A program made the position numbers and the translations under genes. Under the pieces are notes generated by a model that saw nothing but the letters and a program-made list of their open reading frames with translations, did not search any database and was not told the DNA's origin. A DNA stretch of 64,000 bases from Ruditapes philippinarum (lineage: Eukaryota), in NCBI RefSeq assembly GCF_026571515.1, contig NW_026861494.1:248001-312000 (forward strand), read 5' to 3'. Positions 48,746-61,101 of the stretch are shown here, in pieces (position 1 is the stretch's first letter; the number at the start of each line of letters is the position of its first letter).

Positions 48746-49914
48746 AGCACCCCCTTGTTTATTAGTTAAACAAATATTGTTGCCATATTATAACTATAAT
48801 TATGATTTGAAAATAAACTCTGTCCATGTCTGAACTTGTAACAGGAAATATTCTTAGCAGTATAAATATAATAGAAGAACTCAGGTTACGGTAATATTTA
48901 AAAAGATACACCAGAAAAAAAAAGAATGAATTAACGTCGTAGTTAAATATCATTTGTAAAACAGGAACCAATAACTTGACATATAACGAATACAAACAGT
49001 TTTTTTGCATAAAGCATAAAATAATGCTTATAACAAGTATAAATTGTAATATAACAATGTTTGGAGATCAAAACATGAATTTTACAGCATACAAAAGATG
49101 ATTCATGGAATATTATGTTCAAAATTCAATTATGTGCGCTTGATGTAAAAGTTCAACTTACAATATTATAAAACGTCTGCACTTCACTTATTCTATCGTA
49201 TTCTGAAATATAAAGTAAAGGCCTATAGACCAGAAGAAATATTCACTGTTGCAAGTCAGTTCTTTCTGAAAATGCAAACTTCATTAAACAGAAAGTTATT
49301 GTTAAAATACAACATTTCATTTTCAGGTATAAAATACACGTATATACTATGAAACGCGTTGTCTATTTGCTAAGTTAATAAATTTAGATAAAGCACATAT
49401 ACTTTTCTTTGAATTAGAAGATAATGGACGGCCAATGACAATAATAGTGTTTAGAAACATCTTTTCTGCAATTCTCTGTAACGTGGACATACTAACAGAA
49501 AATGATACTCCGTTTCAGGTTGTCTCAATGAACGAGATTTACATATCCTTTCTGATCTTAGTATGATTTCATATTGACCGGATTCTACACACATTATCTA
49601 TATTTTAGAGCAATTCAATCTATGATTTTTGTCTGTGATTAAATCACTTTTCTTATCTTAAATCATGTTTAAAATGCTATATGTTTGCAGACGAAATAAC
49701 CAAGCTATTTCATAAATGGAAAGTGATTAAAAGACTTAAGTAACATTTAATTGCTATAATAAATCCATTTTATTAGTTCTATTAATTTTATAATGTAATT
49801 GCAAATAAAATTAAATTTAAATGTTGATTTCCGATATTTTTAAATTGGTATAATTACGATGATTAATTAAAAACACACGTTTTCACGTACTTCATAAATT
49901 TATCGCAGCTTTAG

Positions 49915-50116
49915 GTGAGAAATTAAAGACGGCCCTTTATTAAGTTAAGTAATTATGAAGTTTGACACGTGTATCAAAACCAATTAACCACTTATAAAAC
50001 GTTTCTACAAATTGAGTATTAAATTCTCTCTTTAATTACGGACATCCTTGAGTAATTAAGAGCACACTAAACACCATGCCACGTGCTTTTGCAAAAAGAA
50101 TTGCACGGATATAAAG
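49915..50116 (+). promoter_or_regulatory. Putative HES promoter: TATA box, two CACGTG E-boxes, Su(H)-like site
   Basis: TATAAAG at 50110-50116, CACGTG at 49966-49971 and 50080-50085, GTGAGAA near 49915. Confidence 0.4.
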
Positions 50117-50283
50117 TAAAACAGCTAGCGACTTCACATCAAAATCAACTTGAATTTCTTCTGAATAAGTACACTGCAATCTACCACGAATCTTAACTGT
50201 CTTGAAATCTTGTGTCAATGTTTTATTTGAAAGTTATTGCTTTAAGAAATATAGTTTGATAATAATAAATAATTTAAATAAAC

Positions 50284-52444
50284 ATGGGCGTAGCTAAGAA
50301 ATCACAAGAACAAGATCTGTCATATGTTAGGAAGGTATGCATTTTTGATGATACATTTGCCCTGTTCCTCAGCCTTACTTTTGAAAATAATGAATTTATT
50401 GAAAAGCTATTAGACTAACATACTAAAACAAATGTCTTTTTACAGGTATATATTTTATTCACATGAGTTATAAGCAGAGTTTATTTGTGCTCTTTGGAGA
50501 ATGATAAATATACTGAATCACCTTTATTCTTTGTCAATATTTGAAAGTTTTTACATAACATAACATAGCTTTAAACTGAATTGCCTTAAAGGCCCATGAA
50601 ACATTAAATATGCTATACATATATTTGTTAAAAGCTTTTATTGGTGTCCCGTTACAGTTTCTAAAACATTTCTCAATGACCAAATAGCTAGTCATCTTTT
50701 GCCTCTTTTGCATTTTGACAATTTGTGCACTTATAATGATTTTGTACTTTGTAAGGAAGTATAAATACTACTTTGTTTACATTTTGCTACCTTGATCACA
50801 AGTTAGTTTACATCCAGTACCAATTTCTTCAGGGGATAAGCATACTACATATGCTCTAAATCCATTATTGCAACATACTCAAACTCATGTTTGCAACATT
50901 TTTATATCAGGCTTAATGTGGCTTTAATTATAAATCCTTGACAATTTGTACACTTGAAATCTAAATCATATTTTGTTTCCACAGATCAGGAAACCAATGG
51001 TTGAGAAGAAAAGGAGAGAAAGGATGAATAAAAGTATATCCCTTCTGAAGTCGCTAATCGCACAGACTATTCAACAAAACGTAAGACCATTCTCAATAAA
51101 ACATGCATCCATAGTTATCAAGCAGGCATTGAGCTTGACTCAGCATATTTAAAAAAATATGAAAAAGATATCAGCACTATATTTTGCATAGCATTATTTG
51201 TTATCATAATTGCATGATGTATGCAGGCCATAAGAAAAGAAACGCTTACACGTCATATGACGTCATATGTGACATCAATAAACCGAATGGCGTTATTGAA
51301 ATTATTTTTCCACTCAATGTTGTTAAGCATATTTTTATTAATTTTCTTTCCATTACCATGGTCACAGGGAGGAACTGCTACACGGAGGATGGAGCTCTTT
51401 TGATAACTTGTCAGGAGATCTTCTGATAACTGAGTTCCTGGAAAACGTTACGGATTTCGTCGCATAACTTTTGTATATACCGAAGAAACATTCTTCAAAA
51501 AATAGTTACACGACAAAAGGGTTTGAGGCGCTTAATTACACTTTTAAGATTCAGCTTGCCTGACATATTGTATTTTGTGTGAGAAAAAAAACTTAAAAAA
51601 AAGATAAAACCGTAGCTAACAAGTTTATGCCCGATTTCAATTTTTCAACTATTTAATATTCTATATAGGACAGAAAATTAAATTTTGCAATACGCATCAT
51701 AAGCTCTGATACCAATCAAAGGTAATAAAATATCTCACTCTTTTTTCATATTCTTTTTTGTGTCTTCAGACTGCTCCAATGACAAGAGTTGACAAAGCAG
51801 ACATTCTAGAGTTAACTGTGTATCACCTCACGCAATTACAACATCAACAACAATCTGTTACCATGGCAACAGAAGCTGCTGCCTACAACGCAGGCTACAA
51901 GGCATGTGCACGAGAAGCTGTGACGTATTTAGCAAAGAATAAAATCACAAGTGATACAGTGACTGGTTCCCTTAGCAACCATTTACACAAGTCATTCCTC
52001 GCGAGTAGCAGCCGACAGGGGCAAACAGGTTTATTTCACAGAAATCTTCAGAGTTATAATCCAGCTACACAAGCCAGTCGTCTTTCAACTCCTCTCAGAC
52101 CATGTGACCCCTTTAACACGTCTTTACCTGAAATCAATTTATCAGGATATTCACCAATTTTAAACGGAACTCAGGCTCTACCGGAACTCACGTCATCATT
52201 TGTGCACGCGAGCCTCGATTCCAGTTCTTCTTCAGGCTATTCAAGTACTAGTTCAAACGAAACTACCTCTTCATCTACAATGGGTTCTTATAGTTCATTG
52301 TCTGATGACTGTGCAGTAGATGATTCTTGTACGGAAAATGACGAAAAACACATTCCTAGTCAAACAGATGTTGTAACTATTGGAAACGGCAAAGAAAATG
52401 AAATTGGTCACGTTATACAAGAAGTTCTATGGAGGCCATTTTAG
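50284..52444 (+). CDS. HES/hairy-E(spl)-family bHLH-Orange transcription factor (about 273 aa, 3 exons), C-terminal WRPF
   Basis: Exons 50284-50334 (MGVAKKSQEQDLSYVRK), 50985-51080 (IRKPMVEKKRRERMNKSISLLKSLI..., the 96-nt exon typical of HES genes) and 51770-52444 (VDKADILELTV; Orange domain YNAGYKACAREAVTYL; Ser-rich tail; ...VLWRPF*). The basic region has the HES-type proline. Confidence 0.93.
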
Positions 52445-53181
52445 ACACAAGAGAGAATGAGAGAGAATGGACAAAATGTGCTATGTTGATAAATTCAAAC
52501 ATATTAATTTATATTTATAACATTATTGCAGATGTGTTTCACGAATATTGTTTTGTAGATAGAGGTCTAGGAAATAAATTGAAAATCTGAAATGGCAGTT
52601 ATGTTATGCTTTTTTTTCCAAATTTTAGAAGATGCTATCAGTCTTTTTTCATCATTATGACGTAATTTAAAGTAGCATTATATTCGATTTAAAAAAAGAT
52701 CGGCATTATTTTTATAACTTAGTTTATTTCTATATTCTATCCTTAAAATTTTCAATATCAATTATTGATCACCATTATAATAGTCAATATCTTGAAGTAT
52801 ACAACTTTTTCACCTCAGCTAAAAAACAAACTAAAAAAAACGTGTTTATACAAAACGAGCGGACGAATATTTCAGGTATGAAAGTAAAAGTAAGATTAAA
52901 TTGTATCATAGTTTGGGGACCTTTCTGTTGAAAAAGTGTCAGAGTTAAATCGTATACATATACATGCACAGTGCGGTAACTGGAGTGCGGGTATCAGTTA
53001 CCCGCACTCCAGATCATGCCCGTTGATTGGCTCATTTTTGCTGGGGTTTACATATTGTGACGGCAGAGAAAGGAAAAGCGGCAGAAATATCATATTCAGA
53101 TGCTCGATCATTGGTTACTTTTTCCCGGGTTTAAAATTGTGACAACAGGGAACGTGTTTTTATGTTTGACTATGATACAAA

Positions 53182-53282
53182 AGAGAAAGAATACCAAAAC
53201 ACTCGGCAATCTGATTTATACTCGGGGGCTACGCCCCCTCGTACAAATCAGATAGCCTCGTGTTTCGGTGCTCTTTCTATTA
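53182..53282. repeat. Roughly 100-bp imperfect hairpin, end of a short non-autonomous element
   Basis: AGAAAGAATACCAAAACACTCGGCAATCTGATTTATACTCGGGGGC-TAC-GCCCCCTCGTACAAATCAGATAGCCTCGTGTTTCGGTGCTCTTTCT. Confidence 0.7.
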
Positions 53283-54214
53283 CTTAAACTACCGACATAT
53301 AAAATTAACACCAGTATATGGAGCATAAAAACGAAGTATTTTTCGGTCTTTTTTAAAATATAAAAGTAATTTTGTTCTATAAACTCGCAATACGGATTCT
53401 TATATGTTATATAGCCATTTATAAACTTGGGTTATACATATAAACTTACAAGTGTTTACACCTAGCCATATAAACTGTCAAAATATATAGGCGTTATCAA
53501 ACAAGACTTACATGTTGTTATATTTTTATGATAAACTATGATCTCCAATTTGATTTTAGAAAATATTGTTATTTGCTACACGGTCTCAATAAACATGTTT
53601 TGACTTCACACAAAGTAGGGTAACTATACGTACGTTATGTTTAAAATGCTACTCACTATAGGTGGTCACAATACGAAGTGTCTTTTAAAAAACTAGCATT
53701 TCTTAAAAAGAAGAGACCAACTTTACTTGACCTGTAATCAGCTTCCCATACATAGTTTATTCAAATCAGAAATATTCAGAGCGAATCTTATACATTTAAA
53801 TAACTATATGTGATTAAAATATTGTTCTCAAGGACGAGCGTAGTATATCGTTAAACTTGAATATTTTATAAACAGTTATTTATGATACGCACTATTAAAA
53901 TCGCAGTATTTTACGACTTTGACCTATTTTATTAATAATTCTATAAATAAGTATATCGTACTTCTTACTTGTCCATGAGTAAATTGTCATAAAGCAATGT
54001 TTGTAATCTTTTGAAGAGCATTTTAGGATAAAAATAAACCTAATGGAAAATGACATCATAATAACAATAAAAGAAAGAATGTTAATTTACCACGAAGAAA
54101 TGGACGCATGTAAAATAACAAAATGACCTTTACACTAAATAAACGTTGGTTAACAGAAATAAAACCGATTTGCCGCGTTTAGAAATCTTTTTTTTTCTTT
54201 TCATATTTAAAAAT

Positions 54215-55666
54215 AACTAGAAATGTGTCCATAGGACACGGGTGCCCCCACCGCGCCACTGTTCTGTCAATCTTATGACTCTAGGTCAAATATTTTTTGA
54301 AAACTAAAAAATCTTTTTACTAAGTAAAGGGCAAGAACTTTACAAATACTAAATAAATCCCCAAGCAAACCCCAAGTTGAAAATTGCAAATTTATACTAC
54401 TGTAAGTCAAGGGCAATGACTTTAACAAAACTGAAAAAAATCCACATGCAAAGTCCCAGGTTCATAGCTTCACAGTGATGTGAATCATTATTTCTGTAAT
54501 TTAGTGATGTTGATCATTATTCCTGTAAAGTTTGTCGATTCTAACTCAAGCACTCAAGCACTCAAGGAACAAATAACAACATAATGAAACAGTTTTTACT
54601 AAGTCAAGGGAAATAACTCTACAAATACTGGATAAATCCACAAGAGAAACCCCAGGAGCAAAACTAAATATGCTGAGCAGCCTTCCCATAAGGTTTAATG
54701 ACTCTATGTCAAATCCTTTTTGAGTTACATGCGACACAAGTTGAAAATTGCAAACATTTTCTAAGTCAAGGACAATAACTCTAAAAATACTAAATAAATC
54801 CAGACGAAAATACCCAGGTGCACAACTACACATGCTGATCAAATATTCCTGTAAAGTTTCATGACTCTATGTCAAATCCTTTTTGAGTAACATGTGACAC
54901 AAGTTGAAAATTGCAAAATTTTACTAAGTCAAGGGCAATAACTCTAAAAATACTAAATAAATCCAGACGAAAATACCCAGGTGCACAACTACACATGCTG
55001 ATCAACATTCCTGTAAAGTTTCATGACTCTAGGTCAAATACTTTTTGAGTTACGTGCGACACAAGTTGAAAATTGCAAAATTTTACTAAGTCAAGGGCAA
55101 TAACTCTAAAAATACTAAAAATATCCAGACGAAAATACCCAGGTGCACAACTACACATGCTGATCAACATTCCTGTAAAGTTTCATGACTCTAGGTCAAA
55201 TACTTTTTGAGTTACATGCGACACAAGTTGAAAATTGCAAAATTTTACTAAGTCAAGGGCAATAATTCTAAAAATACTAAAAATATTCAGACGAAAATAC
55301 CTAGGTGCACAACTACACATACTGATCAATATTCCTGTAAAGTTTCATGACTCTAGGTCAAATACTTTTTGAGTTACATGCGACACAAGTTGAAAATTGC
55401 AAAATTTTACTAAGTCAAGGGCAATAACTCTAAAAATACTAAAAATATCCAGACAAAAATACCCAGGTGCACAACTACACATGCTGATCAACATTCCTGT
55501 AAAGTTTCATGACTCTAGGTCAAATACTTTTTGAGTTACGTGCGACCCAAAAGAGAACGGACGGACGGAAGGACGGAAGGACGGACGGAAGGACGGACGG
55601 ATGGACGGATGGACGGACGGACAAGGGTAAATCTAAATGCCCGCCACTAATGTGGGGGCACAAAAA
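54215..55666 (+). mobile_element. Helentron/HINE-like element with about 7 tandem 162-bp repeats
   Basis: Starts AACTAG with sub-terminal GTGCCCCCA. Monomers (TCAAGGGCAATAACTCT) at 54766, 54929, 55091, 55253, 55415; (GGAC/GGAA/GGAT)n at 55556-55622; terminal hairpin ending TGGGGGCAC plus an A-run. Confidence 0.87.
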
Positions 55667-58600
55667 TAAAATACCAGGAAGGCTGCTCTAAGCACAGCAT
55701 GGATAAATGAAAAGTAACACCATAATACGATGATTCCCCTTGTTTGATTCTAAAGTGAAAGGAGGCTAAAATTCATTTAAAGCTCACAATGTAAAATGGT
55801 AAACATAAAGAACTTTGTTGCAAACAATAGCATTCCTTTGCCGTACTGAACTGGATTTTGCCATTTGTGGAATGTGCATAAAACCTTGCAAAAGATTTTA
55901 CTTGGCCTTCAGAAATTTAGCACATTCAAGATAAGAATTATTATTGTTATCATTTTTAGTTTTATTTCAAAATCTATTAGTCCTTAAACATACACTGGTA
56001 AGTGTAATTACAAATTGTTCATCATTTTACATTGTGACCTTTGTCTTTATATGAATTTCGACCTATTTCACTTAGCAAACATGGCTGCGAATGCAGATTA
56101 ATCAAAGTTAAAAGTAGTAGAAATGTCTTAAAAATATTCCGTTTTTGTAAAATCAGCTGTCTTAACTGTGTTGCATAAAATGATAGCTAAATCAAAGATT
56201 GAAAACAAAGAGGGGTACATGTGATGCAGTCGGACTGGTCTCATTTTATGACTTATTATGATTTCAATTTATTCAATTTATTTACTAACCAATTCAATAT
56301 CATATGACCTATAATAACCTTGAAATTTTGAAAGAATGTTTTACAGGTATTTATATTACTATGCCTATATGATAGCGACACGCACTAGTTCGTATATAAA
56401 TATTTTGTTACTTTATCCCAGTTTAGTCTTCTTTAAATATATCGATGACCCAATTGAAGATCTCGGACATTTTATTGGATTTCTTTATTGGACTTTTGTG
56501 CGAAATATCTGACAGTGTAATACAGTTTATAAAAGAAAATGGATTTTTCCAGATATAGTTTGTATAAGAACAATATTGCATTGGAATAAATAAGAAATAT
56601 AACAGAAATAGACAGAACTATTTTCTAACGTGGAAAGTACCAGTGGAGCTGTTTCGTACCCGGGTAAGTATTTTTTTAAGTATTTCTGTTCATTTTCCCC
56701 CTCCAAGATGCCCACCCAAATGCTTTAATTATCGGCCTATGAAAAAACAACGAAACCAAAAAGAAACAAAAGTCAAAACATGGGCAATGGATAATGTTTA
56801 TGACTTAACCCGCTTAAATTTATAAATGCTTTGGCTTTTTATCCAAGTTTTTGGGATTTTAGTGTCGAAACATGAACGATTTTATGATTATGATAAGCAA
56901 ACAAAATTTACAAAATACGGAACTAAATCAAGATATTATATGGCTCAATTGAATAAAGGAGAGAATGTGAATATTAAGACAAATGATCCACTTAATAATT
57001 CCAACCGGATGTAACATTCTTTAGAAATTCTACTTGAAAAAAAAACACACACACTTATGGACAAGGTTTAGTTAATAGTTTCATTATTTTCACTAAACAT
57101 CTTATACACACACTTTTCTGACTTTCGTTTAGAGTTTTAAACCTTATAACCTTTTTCAGATACACGAGAAATTCAGAGAGTTCTTTCAAATTCATAAAGA
57201 TTGCATCTCAACAAAAGTGTTCTTCCGTTTCAACATTTTAAACAGACAAGATTTTGACAGGTATATTTCGATACCTTCCCTTTTCTATTTCTATGAGCAC
57301 TAAATATCAACAGTATAGATCCTGGTCAGATTGCATTTTTATGCTCTGTACAGTTGACCAAAGGCTTTTGTTTTAATTTTCGGTTTGAGCAGGTGAAGAG
57401 TAACTTTACTGTTCTATAAAAAACATGTATATAATAGCTCAGTAAGATATAAATAAATAGAATTTAAGTGTAAATTAAGCAGGACAGGGCATTTCTTTAA
57501 AGGAGCTCCACTATAGACAAAAAAGCGTGAACTCAAAACAAATAATAACATAAAAAATAAATAAATTTCCTACATGCAGACTAAAACTGGAAAATAAAGA
57601 CAATAAAAAGTATGAACACTAAAACTGGAAAATATGTGAAAGACGTTAAAAGTATATTCCAAATAAAGTGAAAATCGATTTCTTTCGCCAGATTTAAAAT
57701 AAGTTTAAAATCATACTACGTTTTTAATTTTTTGGTCATATCACACAATTCAAATGTCTGGTATAATACACTCCAAAAAGTTTCTCCAGTTTCGTCATGT
57801 CAAAAAACCCCAATAGAGTCACTTTAATGAAAAACCCAAAAATGTTTAGTTTAATACGGATATGAATTTCTTACAATTCGTTTTCGCTATGATAACAATA
57901 TCTCTTTATTTGAATACGCCCTTATATACCGGTATCATTCTTTGAAGATAAATAACCTAACATAATTTTTCTTCCTTAAGTTGTCATGTCACAAACATAT
58001 ATTGAATTGAACAAATATTCGATATAAATTTGATATGCTTTTTATCATCTTAATCTTAAATTATGCTACCAAAATTGTTCGGCAAAAATGTCTGAAGGAA
58101 ACTGTTATTCAGTATTAAATGATTTCCTTAAATAGCCGTTTATGTCTATACTATTTGACATGCAAATACATTTTTGTTTCATTATTCAGTCTTCTTTAAC
58201 ACAGTGAAATTGATTTGAAATGTTTTACTTTACACCGATGACCTGGGATCTAAGCTTGAGTAAACATCAAGTGTATGTTTACAAAAGATTAAAAGCTGTA
58301 TAAAAGTATAAGTTTAATACGGGCACTAGCAACGAGCAATTGTTGGCGTTCTTTAGATACTAAATCAAACACTTGTTTCTCAGTGCGTTAAATATCAAAA
58401 TTGAAAATTAGTTAGGAGTTTGTAACAATCCTTCGAAATAAAACCTCTATGTTGAACAAAGAATATTTTGGTTGGCGCTTTAGCGCTAGACCAGGGTTAT
58501 AAACATTTTTCTCGGAATCATACCGTGTTGTTAACAAGACATCTTGCCAGAAACCTAAAATTCAAATCAGCAAACGCATTTAAATATAGTTCCAATAGCC

Positions 58601-61101
58601 CCTTTTTTATCAGATTACTGCGAGTATGTGGTTACCACGTGTATAGCGTCTAGCAGACACGCCTTATGGAAATAATATGAACTGGCTACCATGTTATCGA
58701 AGCATTCGACTGTCTTTATGTTCTCGGTCATGTAGATTGAACTCCAAGCTTTCTATTAAAAGACAATTTAGCAATTACTTTTGTCGTTTATTTTGTTCGA
58801 AGGAAATATTTTTTCCAACCAAAAACGTTTCGTTGTACTTTTCAGTAAGAAAATCTACCTTCATCACATACTTGAAAATTTCTTTGAAATTGAGATCAAA
58901 TCTAAAAATAATCCCCTTCAGTCAAAGTCTATATATTTTATGAAGTGCAATTATCTCTTTCTGAAAGTTACCAAAAAAAAAAAAACATCGTATTTTGGTA
59001 AAATGAGATTTTTCTAAAATTGTATTTATAGTAAAAAAAACTAATTGCATAGGTCAATCAAAGTACCATACTGGTGCCAGCTACGTGTTATTTTTACATT
59101 CTGTGTAATCTGCTTTATGTATCTATTATAATAAATAATAACTATCATAATAACATGTATTTGTCTAATGAATAACTATAGTAAAACTATTCTTTTAAAG
59201 TAAGAACACTGGCTTTGGAACAAGAGAAACAATGTTTAATTGTTTATTTATTCACATTTCATTGCAATGTTTATGTGTTATGTATTTGATTAACCGTTTG
59301 AGTTATTATTGTACATAGATTCATTTGTAATTTTATCTTGGCCATATTCAGTAAATGTTAACTTGTAAATGACCAAAAGCATTTTTATGCCGATTGTTGT
59401 ATGAAGATTGATTGAGTGATATACCCGGACAAAAATAAGATATAATAATCAGACTACATTGTTTAAAAAAGACATTCTTACTTTCCTATTAAAGCATGTG
59501 AAACATAATGACAGAGAGACAGCCCATCTGAACTTTTGTAATTTGATACTAAATGAAAATACGAAATATATTTTTCGCATATAATAGAAAATTGTCTTAT
59601 TTCTTAAAACACAGAACTGAATTTCTAATTCTTTTAGATTTTTCAGTATCTAAAAGTGTATAATGTATATTAAAGTATATGAGAAAATCAAATGTAGGAT
59701 TCATGCTATTACCAAGGCAGGTAATTTTCTGCGTTTGAAAACAGACAATCAAACGTAAATTATTTCCCCGTTTGCTATAAGTGGCGCTGTGAAGTACACG
59801 GTTTTCTTGGATAAAATGTTCAACTTTGAAGTAGACAATTATGACTGGAAAAAACAAGCTTTTGGTTTTGCCGATAGAATATTGATCATAGAATATCAAA
59901 TTGTGCCAACATTTAAGGAGTTTTGTCATATACCGGTACGTACATTGTATGTGTGTGTGTACGAATGTGAATACCATATGAACATTTTATAAATATATTT
60001 CTTTCATTGCCTGTTATTGATGTATAATTAGCATCCAAAGTCCCTTGCGAAATATCTTACAATCTGAAATACTTATTTTTGTTTCTTTTCTATCCTTTAT
60101 TTGCTATTTAATGCAAACATTTCCAAATATATTTTTCACATGTAACTCATAACATATGCAATTTTTACATATTACCAAAAGAAGTATATAAACCTAATAG
60201 GCTTATGGTTTAATTTCAATACTAGACCGTGACAATTTATTTAGAATTAAAAGTACATCTGGGTAGCCGAAAAACCCGTATTCGATTAAGTGGTTTTCCA
60301 TTTTGTGAATCGGGTAGGCGTCTTATTACATTTATAAAACCAAAATATCACGGTCGTAGTAAAATTACGCTATATATAACACTTATCACTACATAAATAT
60401 TTTGACTTGTTATAACATGTTAAAACACAATTTTTGAGCAGAAGATCGAATAGTTCTGACAACAGCTATTATATAAAAAAATCCCAAAGTACTTTGGAAA
60501 TAACCGAAATGACATTGATTTTTTTTTGCAAATGGAAAACCAGAAACTATGTTAGAAAACACGTAACGTACATATTGGTTTCACGAGTTTCTTAAAATTT
60601 AAAGGCTATACGAACATTACAACATACAATCGGTATATGGTATTTGTTTGAATATTGTTAAATTTTGTGAAATGTTTATTTTATCATCCAATTGTACGTC
60701 GTTTACTGCATTAAAGCCGTAAGTAATACGTTCATACTGTTGAAATATTTGTTGATGTATAGGAAATGTTTTAATTGTGGTCAAAGATATACCAAGGAAA
60801 TGAACTATGCTCATCCTTGAGTTAAATATTTTAATCACAGAAATTCATTGAAATCTATGGAATTCTTTGCGAATATGTTTTAATTTGAATAAATGAATGG
60901 GGAGCTGCATATTTATTTTGTGTAAGATGAAAACGTGTTTAATTTTTATTTACACAGAGACTGTGTAGCAATTATCAATTTTTCTAATATCAAATTTGTG
61001 CATAGTATATCTATAAACTATAGTTGTAGAATACGATGGAATCTGATGAAGTTTGTACATTGAACTGATTGGTTTTTTTACAGATCGTCGTCTAATATAT
61101 A

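Noticed and set aside
57497-58250. Possible Kolobok-like element beginning TTAAAGGAGCTCCACTATAG
   Set aside because: I could not locate a matching right terminal repeat.
59597-59992. 126-aa and 67-aa ORFs upstream of HSPA12
   Set aside because: Low-complexity AT-rich translations with no domain similarity or splice support.
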